Part shown: piece by piece, positions 31,178 to 40,916 of the stretch | Layout of the letters: each line of letters starts with the position of its first letter | How positions within the stretch are numbered: position 1 is the first letter of the stretch | Assembly (NCBI GenBank): GCA_003446015.1 | Contig: DMBU01000154.1 | Location: 11,336 to 75,335 of the forward strand | Length of the DNA stretch: 64,000 bases | Source: Bacteroidales bacterium | Lineage (GTDB): Bacteria > Bacteroidota > Bacteroidia > Bacteroidales > UBA12077 | Direction: 5' to 3' | Program-made: the position numbers and the translations under genes | Notes under the pieces: model-generated | The model's input: only the letters and a program-made list of their open reading frames with translations | What the model was told of the DNA's origin: nothing | The model's database searches: none

Positions 31178-33469
31178 TTATGTATATGAGCTAACATCAA
31201 TAGCTAATAAAAGAATCTTCTCAAGATTTTCATTAATAAAAACGGGAGTATATGATGTTATTAATTTAAGTTCTACTCCGTTTTTATTTTTTAAATTGGA
31301 AATTTCCTGATGAGATTTCCCTTTCATAACCGTGTTTAAAATGTTTTGGAATTTTGAAACATCTTTTTTAGCTACAAATTCTTCAGCTTCCATTCCAATT
31401 ACTTCATTTAAACTATATTTAAATTTTTTAAGAAAAAGATCGTTTGCGTTTATCAGGGTTGCATCTAAGCTAAATTCAGCTTTTAATAAAAATTGATCAA
31501 TGCTATCAAGAATACCACTAAACTCATCTCCTTTTCTTGAAGATTCTTCTTGTGTGGCTTGAAGTTCTTCCATGTTTTGCCTCATTTCTTCTTCCTGTGC
31601 AGCCATTTCTTCGGCCTGTTGCTGCGATTGCTCCAGAAGTTGCGAAGTTCGTACATTAATACGCACGGCTTTTAAGGTTGATGCAATGCTTTCGGCTGCT
31701 TTTTCTACAAATTCAATTTCGTGTTTTTGGATTTTATTAAATGATGCTATTTCAATAACACCAAGAATCTCATTTTCAAGTTTTAAAGGAACCAGCAACA
31801 AGCTATTTGGATTTGCATCACCCAATCCGGATGTTATTTGTATATAATCCTCGGGAATTTCTGTTAATAATATCGTATTCTTTTCAGCAGCGCATGTACC
31901 TACAAGGCCCTCTCCTAGCTCGACTTGTTTTTTTATGTATTTTTCTCTGTCAAAAGCAAAAGCCGATAATAAATCAAAAACTACCGATTGTTCCTGATCA
32001 TTTAAAATAAATAAACCTCCCTGATTAGCATTTAAATAATAAACCAGGTTTTTAATAATTTCGTTAGAAAGAGTTTTTATGTTTTCATTGTTTTTTCTTA
32101 AAATGTCTGCAAACTTTGCTAATCCTTCATTGGTCCATTGTCGTTTTTCATCTTCTGATTTTCGTTTTTCTTCATCCGATTTTGTTTTTAATAAACTGTT
32201 TTGCATATTTAATAACGACAAGCCAAGAACGTCTTCATTGCTTAATAATTCAAGCTTATAATCAATATTTCCAGATCCGATTTGATTAGCAAACTCTGTT
32301 TTTTTATTTAATCCGTTAATGGAGGTATTTAATGCTAGGGTCATTTCTCCGACTTCGTCTTTGCTTTTAACATGCTTAATAAGAGAATCATCAATTTTAC
32401 CTTCGGCAAGTTGTTTAAGCACCGAAGTTACTTTAACAATTGGATTAGTTATATTTCTTGCAATAATCCATATTACGATGGTTAGAAGAATTAATCCCAG
32501 AAAACTTACAAGCAAGCCCTTAACGATAATACTATTTGCCCTGGATGTGATTACTTCATTAGGTACTACAATTGCTAAAGACCATGGAGTATTTACGTTT
32601 TCGACTTTTAGCGGAGCAAAAACATAAAAGTCTTTTTGATTATTTTCGTTCGTAAATGTGAATGAAAAATTTATTCCTGCCTGGACATTTTCTATGATAT
32701 TAAAACGCTCAGTAAATTCAGGACTTTCGATGCGGATTAGTTTACCCATTAATTTTGAGTTTTTGTGAGCAACATAAGTTCCGTCGTTAGATAACAAAAA
32801 CGCATAACTTTGGTCAAAAGGTTCTATTTTTTCAATGATATCCTGAAATCTTTGCAAATCGACATCGACACCCGCTAATCCAACAAAGGTGTTTCCAAGT
32901 TTTATGGGAACAGAAATGTTGGTATTAATGTACTGATCTTCTGCTTTACCTGTTGGAGACCATAATTTAGGGTCAACAATCATGGAGTGGCCTTTTGATT
33001 TCATGGCATAATAGTTCCCTTTTAAATCATCACCATCGGTATTTAATTGAGTTTCGATTTGATTTATATTTCCATCAGAATCTCTAACCCATCCATTTAA
33101 ATATCGTCCAAATGGTTTGGTCCAATCAGGATCAATGTATTTTAATTCCCAACTTGTAGCTACAGCAAGATAGTGGGGGTTTTCTGTTATAACATGCAGT
33201 TGTTGTTCAAGAAAAATTTTGTTCCACTCGTTCCACGATATGGTTTGATATGCCTGAGCAGACTGCGCAAGAGTTTTTACAATGTTAAAATCAGACGCTA
33301 ATTCAGCTTTAATCTGATTAGCAAACTCGTGTGCATTTTTATTTGCAATCTCACGAGATTCTTCAAGCGTCATTTGTCTTGATTTGGTTGTTATATACCC
33401 TACTGATGCAATAAAAATCAACATTGAAGTTGAAAGGATATAAACCAACATTTTAGCATTGATCTTCAT
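31178..33469 (-). CDS. Membrane sensor, dCache-HAMP-GAF-coiled coil-PAS (paralog 1, most divergent)
   Basis: Same architecture; PAS AEFSLDATLINANDLFL...SYTPV. Confidence 0.8.
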   Translation of the reverse strand: MKINAKMLVYILSTSMLIFIASVGYITTKSRQMTLEESREIANKNAHEFANQIKAELASDFNIVKTLAQSAQAYQTISWNEWNKIFLEQQLHVITENPHYLAVATSWELKYIDPDWTKPFGRYLNGWVRDSDGNINQIETQLNTDGDDLKGNYYAMKSKGHSMIVDPKLWSPTGKAEDQYINTNISVPIKLGNTFVGLAGVDVDLQRFQDIIEKIEPFDQSYAFLLSNDGTYVAHKNSKLMGKLIRIESPEFTERFNIIENVQAGINFSFTFTNENNQKDFYVFAPLKVENVNTPWSLAIVVPNEVITSRANSIIVKGLLVSFLGLILLTIVIWIIARNITNPIVKVTSVLKQLAEGKIDDSLIKHVKSKDEVGEMTLALNTSINGLNKKTEFANQIGSGNIDYKLELLSNEDVLGLSLLNMQNSLLKTKSDEEKRKSEDEKRQWTNEGLAKFADILRKNNENIKTLSNEIIKNLVYYLNANQGGLFILNDQEQSVVFDLLSAFAFDREKYIKKQVELGEGLVGTCAAEKNTILLTEIPEDYIQITSGLGDANPNSLLLVPLKLENEILGVIEIASFNKIQKHEIEFVEKAAESIASTLKAVRINVRTSQLLEQSQQQAEEMAAQEEEMRQNMEELQATQEESSRKGDEFSGILDSIDQFLLKAEFSLDATLINANDLFLKKFKYSLNEVIGMEAEEFVAKKDVSKFQNILNTVMKGKSHQEISNLKNKNGVELKLITSYTPVFINENLEKILLLAIDVSSYT

Positions 33470-33558
33470 ACTCAGGTCTTATTGAAAATAACCTCTAAAC
33501 TTACACTAATTTAAGAAAAAATCAAATTAATGCTGAGCAAATCTTAGGCTTTCAGAAA

Positions 33559-34278
33559 TTAATAAATTTGAATTGAATAGGTTTTTAATTCTTTGGAGAA
33601 TTTCCTTGCATTACCAAGTAAGGTATCCATGAGCTTCCAAAATCCTGGACCATGGTTTTTTTCAACCGTATGACATAGTTCATGTATAATTACATAATCA
33701 ATTAAATGATCTGGTAATCGCATTAAATGCAAGTTTAAATTGATATTGTTTTGCCCCGAACAGCTTCCCCAAAGCGTTTTATTGTTTTTAATAAATACTT
33801 TTTTGTATTTAAACTGATATTTTTCTGCGAGTTGAAAAGTTCTTCTTGTGAGATATTCTTTTGCTTCAATGCGCAGGGCCTTAATTACTGTTGCCTGTAT
33901 TATTCTTTGAACGGCAGGATTCTGAATCTCAGCATTCTCGGGATAATGAATAATAATTGAATCGGGAGTAATCCGGGTAAGGATATGATCTTTCGAGTGC
34001 TTGTCAATTAAAAGATTTCGGTATTTTGTGTTGAATAAGGTTTCTTCAGTAAAAACGGTGACTTTATTTTCGATGCTTTCAATCAATGGAAGATGATTTA
34101 AGATCCATGACCGTTTCTTTTCAACAATCGACATTGCAATTCTGTAGCTTAAGAAATATGGTAGATTTACAACAACTCCTTTCATCGGACGAATAGCAAT
34201 GCTAACACCTTTCGAACGTTTATTTTTACGAAATGTAACATCTCCTATCTGATCAATATTGATTATTTTGTCTGGCAT
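33559..34278 (-). CDS. YgjP/DUF45 (M48-like) metal-dependent hydrolase
   Basis: WGSCS, INLNLHL, DYVIIHELCH, NHGPGFW. Confidence 0.9.
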   Translation of the reverse strand: MPDKIINIDQIGDVTFRKNKRSKGVSIAIRPMKGVVVNLPYFLSYRIAMSIVEKKRSWILNHLPLIESIENKVTVFTEETLFNTKYRNLLIDKHSKDHILTRITPDSIIIHYPENAEIQNPAVQRIIQATVIKALRIEAKEYLTRRTFQLAEKYQFKYKKVFIKNNKTLWGSCSGQNNINLNLHLMRLPDHLIDYVIIHELCHTVEKNHGPGFWKLMDTLLGNARKFSKELKTYSIQIY

Positions 34279-34295
34279 TTGGTTTTAAAGAATTG

Positions 34296-37151
34296 TTAGT
34301 CTAAAAATTTAGATAATTTCTGAAGTAAACTTTGGAATGTTATGGGTTTTAAAATATAATCCTGATATCCTAAATCAAGGATTTCATTTCTTTGGTCTTC
34401 TGCAGCATAAGCTGTTTGTACAATAACGGGTATTTTGTATCCATTATCGATTAAATATTTTAAAGCCTCATGTCCATTCATTATGGGCATATTAATATCC
34501 ATAAGAATTAGATCATATTGAGGATTTTCATTAACCATATTTATAACTTCTTTACCATCTTTTGCCCAGGAAATTTCAGCTTTCGTTTTTGAAAGAAAAG
34601 TAAACAATAATTGATAATTTGTTTCCACATCTTCGGCAATTAGAATTCTTTTAGTACTCCAGTCAATGTTTTCAACAACCAAAGGCTGTCTGGGTTTAAT
34701 TTTTGAAGGTCCGGTTTTATGATATGGAATTGAAAAATAAAAATTTGAACCTTTATTTTTTTCTGACTCTACCCAGAGTGTTCCTCCAAGCAGATTAACG
34801 AGACTCTTACAAAGTGCTAAGCCAATTCCGGTACCACCATACTTTCGAGTTGTGGATTCGTCGGCCTGCCTGAAACGATCAAAGATGAACTGTATTTCAT
34901 CCTCTTTTATACCTATTCCGGAGTCTTTTACATAACAAATTATGTCTTGATTTTTAATGTAATAACCAAATTGAACGCTCCCCTTTTCGGTAAATTTTAG
35001 AGCATTATCAAGCAAGTTTGCAAAGACCTGTTTTAATCTTTTAAAATCAGTAAATGTTATAAGTTCTTTCTCGACAATTTCTTTTTGAAGGATAAGATCA
35101 ATCTCGTCATACTTCATTGTGTTTTTAAACTCAATAAACTCAATAAGTAACTCATCAAGCAATGTGTTCAAATTTCCATTTGTTTTATTTACTGTAAGTG
35201 TTGATGACTCAACTTTTGAAATATCGATAATATTGTCAATAATTTCTAATAATAGTTTCCCACTATTTCCCAGAATTTTTAAATATTCTTTTTGATCTTC
35301 TTTTGAAATTTCTTTTGTATTTAATAATGTTGAAAAACCTATGATTGCGTTTAAGGGAGTTCTGATTTCGTGTGATAAATTAGTTAAAAAAGATGTTTTT
35401 AACCGATCTGATTCTTCCGCTTTGATTTTAGAATCGTACAACTGCTGTTCAAATGTTTTTTGCTCTGAAATATCTCTGTAAATTACATAAAACCCTAAAA
35501 GATGCTGATATACACTTACCGGTGTTCCAATTATTGAAACATATACCTTTAGCTTATTTTTTGTAACACGAATTGCCTCAATTTGATCATTAAATCCTTC
35601 TTTAAATTTTTTAGTAAAAATTGAAGCTTGATGTTTTAATTCAGCAGGAACTATAAAATCATCCAATTCTTTATTCAGAATTTCGGAAATTTCGTATCCA
35701 AACAATTTAGTGAAAGCTGGATTTACCCTTTGAACATGACCTTCAGTATTTAAAAATGCGATAGCTTCAGGTGATTCTTCAAAAAGTTTTTCATAACGAG
35801 CTTCTTCTTCCTGGTTTCTTCTATCTGATTCTTTTATTTCTAAAATCATCTTATTCGCTGAATTTGCTAAAACCTTAAATTCTGAAAAATTAATTTTTGA
35901 TTCATCAATAAGAATGTTTTCGAAAGAAGCAGTTTTAAAAAACTCAATAAAAGAGTTAATTATCGATGTTGCTTTTTTTGATAAATAGAGAGCGAAAATA
36001 TAAATTAGAATAAATAAAACACTTAAGGGTAATACAACCATGAGGATATTCTGGTTTATCTTTTTGCTAATTTCAGTTTTCTTTGTTTCAAGAACCTGAT
36101 TAATTTCATCAAGATATACTCCTGCTCCAACCATCCATTTCCACTTAGGGATTCCTTCTACAAACGACATTTTTTGACCTACATCTGAGCTTCTTAATTT
36201 TCTCCAGGAGTAGTAAATAAAATCTCCCTCAGGGTTATTTACAGCATTTCTTTCTTCTTGAATTACCTTAATCCCGTTAGGGTCTTCGAGATTCCATATA
36301 TTTTTCTTTTCTTTAATTATATTTCCATCCATTAATAAAGCGTCACCATCGTAAGTATTTACGAATATGTAACCTTCGTTTCCAAACCTGTAATTCGAAA
36401 GCCAATCAAGAACTTCGTTCTGAATACTAGCATTAAAATCAGCATAATAATCTCCTGTTCCAATATACCAGTTCAGAGGTTCAAAAAGTTTAACATATGA
36501 AATCTTTTTAAGCGCCATACTTGTATCTGAATCAGGATGTGTCCAATAATTTGTAACGAAGCCTTCTTGTTTTGTATTTATAACATCTAGTTCATCACGC
36601 ACGACAAAATTTCCCAGGTCATCCTGCAAATTAAAAACATATTTCCCCTCAGTTTCTGGCGAAACAGGAAACAATATTTCATAACCATCAAGAGATACAA
36701 TAAAGTAATAACCCCGCCCTGAATCAAAACGAATTGGTCGTAAGGCTTCTACAATTAAATCTTTAATTTCACTTACTGGAATACGACCTTTATTTTTCGA
36801 ATAAATATTTGAAGCAATATTGTAGGCAATATTAACCCGGCTCGTTAGCTTATCCTTAATATGATCATCCGTTTGACTGATTTTATAGTTAATATAATTA
36901 ACAGCCCTTTTGGTTTCTATCCGAATACTTTCTTTTTGAGATTCAATAAATTCTTGCTGGGTAGAAGAAATTTCTTCCTGGAGGTTTTTGTTTTCGCGTT
37001 TAATCCAAAAATAAACGATAAAAATAAACACAAGACTTATTAAAAGAACAATCTGTATAAAAATTAAATTTACAAGCTTAACCTCCCTGTTAAATGGATT
37101 CCTAAAAAAGGTTAAAAAGGATTTAAAGTTAGCCATTATTCCGATTAGCAA
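34296..37151 (-). CDS. Hybrid sensor histidine kinase (double Cache_2-type, PAS, HisKA, HATPase, REC)
   Basis: H-box FLTNLSHEIRTPLN, N-box NLLDNALKFT, G boxes DSGIGI and GGTGIGL, REC AEDVETN/LILMDINMP/KP. Confidence 0.93.
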   Translation of the reverse strand: MLIGIMANFKSFLTFFRNPFNREVKLVNLIFIQIVLLISLVFIFIVYFWIKRENKNLQEEISSTQQEFIESQKESIRIETKRAVNYINYKISQTDDHIKDKLTSRVNIAYNIASNIYSKNKGRIPVSEIKDLIVEALRPIRFDSGRGYYFIVSLDGYEILFPVSPETEGKYVFNLQDDLGNFVVRDELDVINTKQEGFVTNYWTHPDSDTSMALKKISYVKLFEPLNWYIGTGDYYADFNASIQNEVLDWLSNYRFGNEGYIFVNTYDGDALLMDGNIIKEKKNIWNLEDPNGIKVIQEERNAVNNPEGDFIYYSWRKLRSSDVGQKMSFVEGIPKWKWMVGAGVYLDEINQVLETKKTEISKKINQNILMVVLPLSVLFILIYIFALYLSKKATSIINSFIEFFKTASFENILIDESKINFSEFKVLANSANKMILEIKESDRRNQEEEARYEKLFEESPEAIAFLNTEGHVQRVNPAFTKLFGYEISEILNKELDDFIVPAELKHQASIFTKKFKEGFNDQIEAIRVTKNKLKVYVSIIGTPVSVYQHLLGFYVIYRDISEQKTFEQQLYDSKIKAEESDRLKTSFLTNLSHEIRTPLNAIIGFSTLLNTKEISKEDQKEYLKILGNSGKLLLEIIDNIIDISKVESSTLTVNKTNGNLNTLLDELLIEFIEFKNTMKYDEIDLILQKEIVEKELITFTDFKRLKQVFANLLDNALKFTEKGSVQFGYYIKNQDIICYVKDSGIGIKEDEIQFIFDRFRQADESTTRKYGGTGIGLALCKSLVNLLGGTLWVESEKNKGSNFYFSIPYHKTGPSKIKPRQPLVVENIDWSTKRILIAEDVETNYQLLFTFLSKTKAEISWAKDGKEVINMVNENPQYDLILMDINMPIMNGHEALKYLIDNGYKIPVIVQTAYAAEDQRNEILDLGYQDYILKPITFQSLLQKLSKFLD

Positions 37152-37308
37152 ATGCAGGTTTTAGAACGCAACTAAGTTATAAAAATATTGCCTCATTAAA
37201 AAGTTAAGGAATTAATCTTTTAAAATGATATGTTTTCATAAATTTGATTGTTTATTTAACATAAGAGAGTTTTAGGTTGTTTTAAATATCAAATAATTTT
37301 GTAAGCAA

Positions 37309-38622
37309 ATGAAGAACAATAATTTACTTAAAATTTTAATCATCGCGGCGGTTATATTCATTGTATTTGCTCTGGTTGGAAAAACTCAAGGATGGTTTGG
37401 TGGAGTGGCAGGAATAAAGGTTAATGTCGAAAGCCCCGAATTTAGAACCATTACAGAAATTGTTACAGCAAGCGGAAAAATTCAACCCGAGACCGAGGTT
37501 AAAATATCTCCGGATGTGTCAGGGGAAATTGTTGAGTTAATGATTAAAGAAGGAGATGAAATAAAAAAGGGAGATCTTTTATTAAAAATCAAACCAGACA
37601 TGTATCTATCAGCAGTCGATAGGGCAAGAGCTGCGGTAAATACAGCAAAGGCAAACAAGGCAAACAGCGAAGCTTATTTGGAGCAAATAAAAGCAAAATA
37701 TACACAAACAAAAAACGCGTACGAACGAAACAAAATTTTATGGGAACAAGAAACAATTTCGCAGGCAGAATACGAAACAGCCCTCTCGTCTTATGAGATG
37801 GTAAGTGCAGAAATGGAAGCTGCTAAGAAATCAGTTGAGAGTGCAAAATATTCAGTTCAAAGTGCCGAAGCCTCATTATCTGAATCGGAAGAGAGCCTTA
37901 AGAAAACAACTATTTATGCACCCATGAGTGGTACTATTTCTATGTTAAATGTTGAGAAAGGCGAACGAGTTGTGGGAACAATGCAAATGGCAGGAACTGA
38001 AATGTTGCGTATTGCCGATTTAAGCAGAATGGAAGTTAAGGTTGAGGTAAATGAAAACGATATCGTAAAAGTAAAATTAAATGACACGGCCTTAATTGAA
38101 GTAGATGCATATTTAGGAGAAACTTTTAAAGGAGTTGTTACTGAAATTGCAAATTCAGCAAATGTTTCGGGTATGAGCACTGATCAGGTTACAAACTTTA
38201 TTGTTAAAATTTTACTCTTAAAAGAATCGTACAAACACTTAATTAAGAGTCATAATTCCAATCCTTTTCGACCGGGAATGTCAGCTTCGGTTGATATTCA
38301 AACGAACACAAAACCAAACATTTTAACTATTCCTATTCAATGCGTTACAACACGTGCAGATTCAACCGAAAAAATACAGAATAGTGCAACAGAGCCCGAT
38401 GAGGAGTTAAGAGAGGTAGTTTTTGTGGTTTCAAATGATTCAGCAATTTTACAAACTGTAAAAACAGGAATACAAGACAATAAGTACATTGAAGTATTGG
38501 AAGGAATTACTATTAATGAAAAGGTTATTACAGCTCCTTACAGTGCTATATCAAGAAAACTGAAAAACGGATCGATAGTTAAGATTGTTGATAAGGATGA
38601 ATTGTTTCAGGAAAATGATTAA
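37309..38622 (+). CDS. Efflux periplasmic adaptor subunit (MacA/HlyD-like)
   Basis: ASGKIQPETEVKISPDVSGEI, alpha-hairpin, TTIYAPMSGTI, FRPGMSA. Confidence 0.9.
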   Translation: MKNNNLLKILIIAAVIFIVFALVGKTQGWFGGVAGIKVNVESPEFRTITEIVTASGKIQPETEVKISPDVSGEIVELMIKEGDEIKKGDLLLKIKPDMYLSAVDRARAAVNTAKANKANSEAYLEQIKAKYTQTKNAYERNKILWEQETISQAEYETALSSYEMVSAEMEAAKKSVESAKYSVQSAEASLSESEESLKKTTIYAPMSGTISMLNVEKGERVVGTMQMAGTEMLRIADLSRMEVKVEVNENDIVKVKLNDTALIEVDAYLGETFKGVVTEIANSANVSGMSTDQVTNFIVKILLLKESYKHLIKSHNSNPFRPGMSASVDIQTNTKPNILTIPIQCVTTRADSTEKIQNSATEPDEELREVVFVVSNDSAILQTVKTGIQDNKYIEVLEGITINEKVITAPYSAISRKLKNGSIVKIVDKDELFQEND

Positions 38623-38655
38623 TTTCGTCGCCTGAAGGTATTAATATAAGACAAA

Positions 38656-39372
38656 ATGGCGTTAATTCTTAATATCGAAACATCAACAATTGTTTGCTCG
38701 GTTTCAGTTTCTCGGGATGGAATTGTTTTAGCCGTAAAGGAAAGTCGTGAAGAAAAATCACATGCCAAATCACTGACCATTTTTATTGATGAGATACTTA
38801 AAGAATTAAATTATAAAATTGACGATTTAGATGCCGTTGCAATAAGCAAAGGCCCTGGCTCATACACCGGATTAAGAATAGGTGTTTCTACGGCAAAGGG
38901 GTTATGTTACGCCAAAGACTTACCCTTAATCGCGATAAATACCTTGCAATCAATGGCAACTGGAATGATTTTAAAATTCAATACAAACGAGTTGCCCGTT
39001 GATAATTTTGAAACGGCTATTTTAGTTCCTATGATTGATGCTCGAAGAATGGAGGTTTATTCCGCATTTTTTAATTCAAAAGGGGAGTCAGTAAGAGAAG
39101 TATTGGCAGAAATTATTGACGAGCATTCATACAAGGATATATTATCAAAGCAAAAGATGATTTTTTTTGGTGATGGATCAGAAAAAATCAGGGAAACGAT
39201 TCAACACGAAAATGCAATTTTTATAGGTGATATTTATCCATCATCAAATGATATGGCAGAACTTTCAGAGAATGCATATCAAAAACGAGAATTTGAAAAC
39301 GTAGCCTATTTTGAACCTTTTTATTTAAAAGATTTTGTTGCAACGGTTCCGAAGAAAAATATTTTTCAATAA
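38656..39372 (+). CDS. tsaB: tRNA t6A biosynthesis protein TsaB
   Basis: ILNIETS, GPGSYTGLRIG, PMIDARRMEVY, FEPFYLK. Confidence 0.95.
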   Translation: MALILNIETSTIVCSVSVSRDGIVLAVKESREEKSHAKSLTIFIDEILKELNYKIDDLDAVAISKGPGSYTGLRIGVSTAKGLCYAKDLPLIAINTLQSMATGMILKFNTNELPVDNFETAILVPMIDARRMEVYSAFFNSKGESVREVLAEIIDEHSYKDILSKQKMIFFGDGSEKIRETIQHENAIFIGDIYPSSNDMAELSENAYQKREFENVAYFEPFYLKDFVATVPKKNIFQ

Positions 39373-39412
39373 TTATACCGGTTTTGTTTTATGAATTAAA
39401 ACAAAAATTTTA

Positions 39413-40192
39413 ATGAAGCAGCTTTTCCAGAGATTAATTCCAGCAGTTCTTTTTTTGTTTATCCACATTAATGTTGGATCAAATGCTCCTGTTGAAGTTA
39501 AGCCTTATGTTTCGGGCGAGAAATTGGTTTATGTAGCGCATCTGGGCTGGCTAAATGCAGGAACGGCCACGTTTACTATTCGCGACTCAGTTTTCGAAAA
39601 TAAAAAATTATATCATGCAATTGCCCGGGCAAATACAATTGGTTTGGCCGACAAATTATTTGAAGTGCGTGATATTTATGAAAGTTTTTTTAATCCGGAA
39701 AACAATCAAACATATTTAGCAATACGAAATATAAGCGAGGGAAAATACAGGTATTACAACGAAGTCAGGTATAATTATGAAGAAAAAAAGGTCGTAAGTC
39801 AAAAATCTGGTGAGCATGAAGTTCCTGAGAACATTATGGATATGCTGGGAGCGTTTTATTATTTTAGGCAATCGATGGTTAGCAGAATTAAAAACGTTGG
39901 TGATGAATTAATACTTGATACTTATTTTGCAGATGAGATTTTTCCCTTAAAAATGAGGTATGTTGGCGACGAACAGATAAAAACAAAGCTGGGTAAATTT
40001 AACACCATGAAATTTTCACCGGTAGTGGAACCCGGAAGAATTTTCGATTCCGAAGATGATGTTACCATATGGATCTCAAAAGATGAAAATTATATTCCTA
40101 TACAAGTTCGAATAGATTTAATTATTGGATCAATAAAATGCGATTTGATTGAATATTCAGGTTTACAGCATAAATTAAAAAAACTAGATTAA
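39413..40192 (+). CDS. DUF3108 domain exported protein
   Basis: GEKLVY...GWLNAG, VRDIYES, IKTKLGKF, TIWISKDENYIP. Confidence 0.8.
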   Translation: MKQLFQRLIPAVLFLFIHINVGSNAPVEVKPYVSGEKLVYVAHLGWLNAGTATFTIRDSVFENKKLYHAIARANTIGLADKLFEVRDIYESFFNPENNQTYLAIRNISEGKYRYYNEVRYNYEEKKVVSQKSGEHEVPENIMDMLGAFYYFRQSMVSRIKNVGDELILDTYFADEIFPLKMRYVGDEQIKTKLGKFNTMKFSPVVEPGRIFDSEDDVTIWISKDENYIPIQVRIDLIIGSIKCDLIEYSGLQHKLKKLD

Positions 40193-40289
40193 AAATCGAT
40201 CTGTATAATTACAGATTAAAAATTTTGAATAAGATATTTAAATGATTTACATTATTTTTGCACAAAAAATTAGATAAATAAATTAGAAT

Positions 40290-40859
40290 ATGGCAAGTAC
40301 AGCAGATTTCAAAAATGGTTTATGCATAGAGTATAATGGCGATTTATTTACAATCGTTCAGTTTCAGCATGTAAAGCCCGGAAAAGGAGCGGCGTTTGTT
40401 CGAACAAAACTTAAAAACCTAAAAACAGGAAAAGTTATCGACAATACCTTTAATGCAGGAGTAAAGGTTAACGTTCAACGAATTGAGCGACGTCCATATC
40501 AATTTTTATATAAAGATGATTTAGGATACCATTTTATGCATAACGAAACCTTCGAGCAGGTATCTTTTAATAAAGACTTAATAAACGCATCAGATCTTTT
40601 AAAAGAAGGTCAGAATGTTGAAGCTGTTTGGCATGCCGATACCGAAACTCCATTGTATTGCGAGCTTCCTCCATTTGTTACTTTAGAAGTTGTTTACACT
40701 GAACCGGGATTAAAAGGTGATACATCATCAAGCTCATCGCTTAAACCAGCAAAACTTGAAACTGATGCCGAAGTAATGGTTCCTTTGTTTATAAACACTG
40801 GAGATAAAATAAAAGTTGATACCCGAGACAATACATATAGTGAAAGAGTAAAAGAATAG
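40290..40859 (+). CDS. efp: Translation elongation factor P
   Basis: [34 protein letters not shown]. Confidence 0.97.
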   Translation: MASTADFKNGLCIEYNGDLFTIVQFQHVKPGKGAAFVRTKLKNLKTGKVIDNTFNAGVKVNVQRIERRPYQFLYKDDLGYHFMHNETFEQVSFNKDLINASDLLKEGQNVEAVWHADTETPLYCELPPFVTLEVVYTEPGLKGDTSSSSSLKPAKLETDAEVMVPLFINTGDKIKVDTRDNTYSERVKE

Positions 40860-40916
40860 GTTTTTATTTTGATCTTAAATTTTGTAAATTTATTCAGATT
40901 TGAAAATCAGAACTAA

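Noticed and set aside
24407-33469. Classical methyl-accepting chemotaxis proteins or truncated kinases
   Set aside because: No MCP hairpin motif or H-box, no che genes, and all four have clean stops with conserved ends, so pseudogenisation is unlikely.
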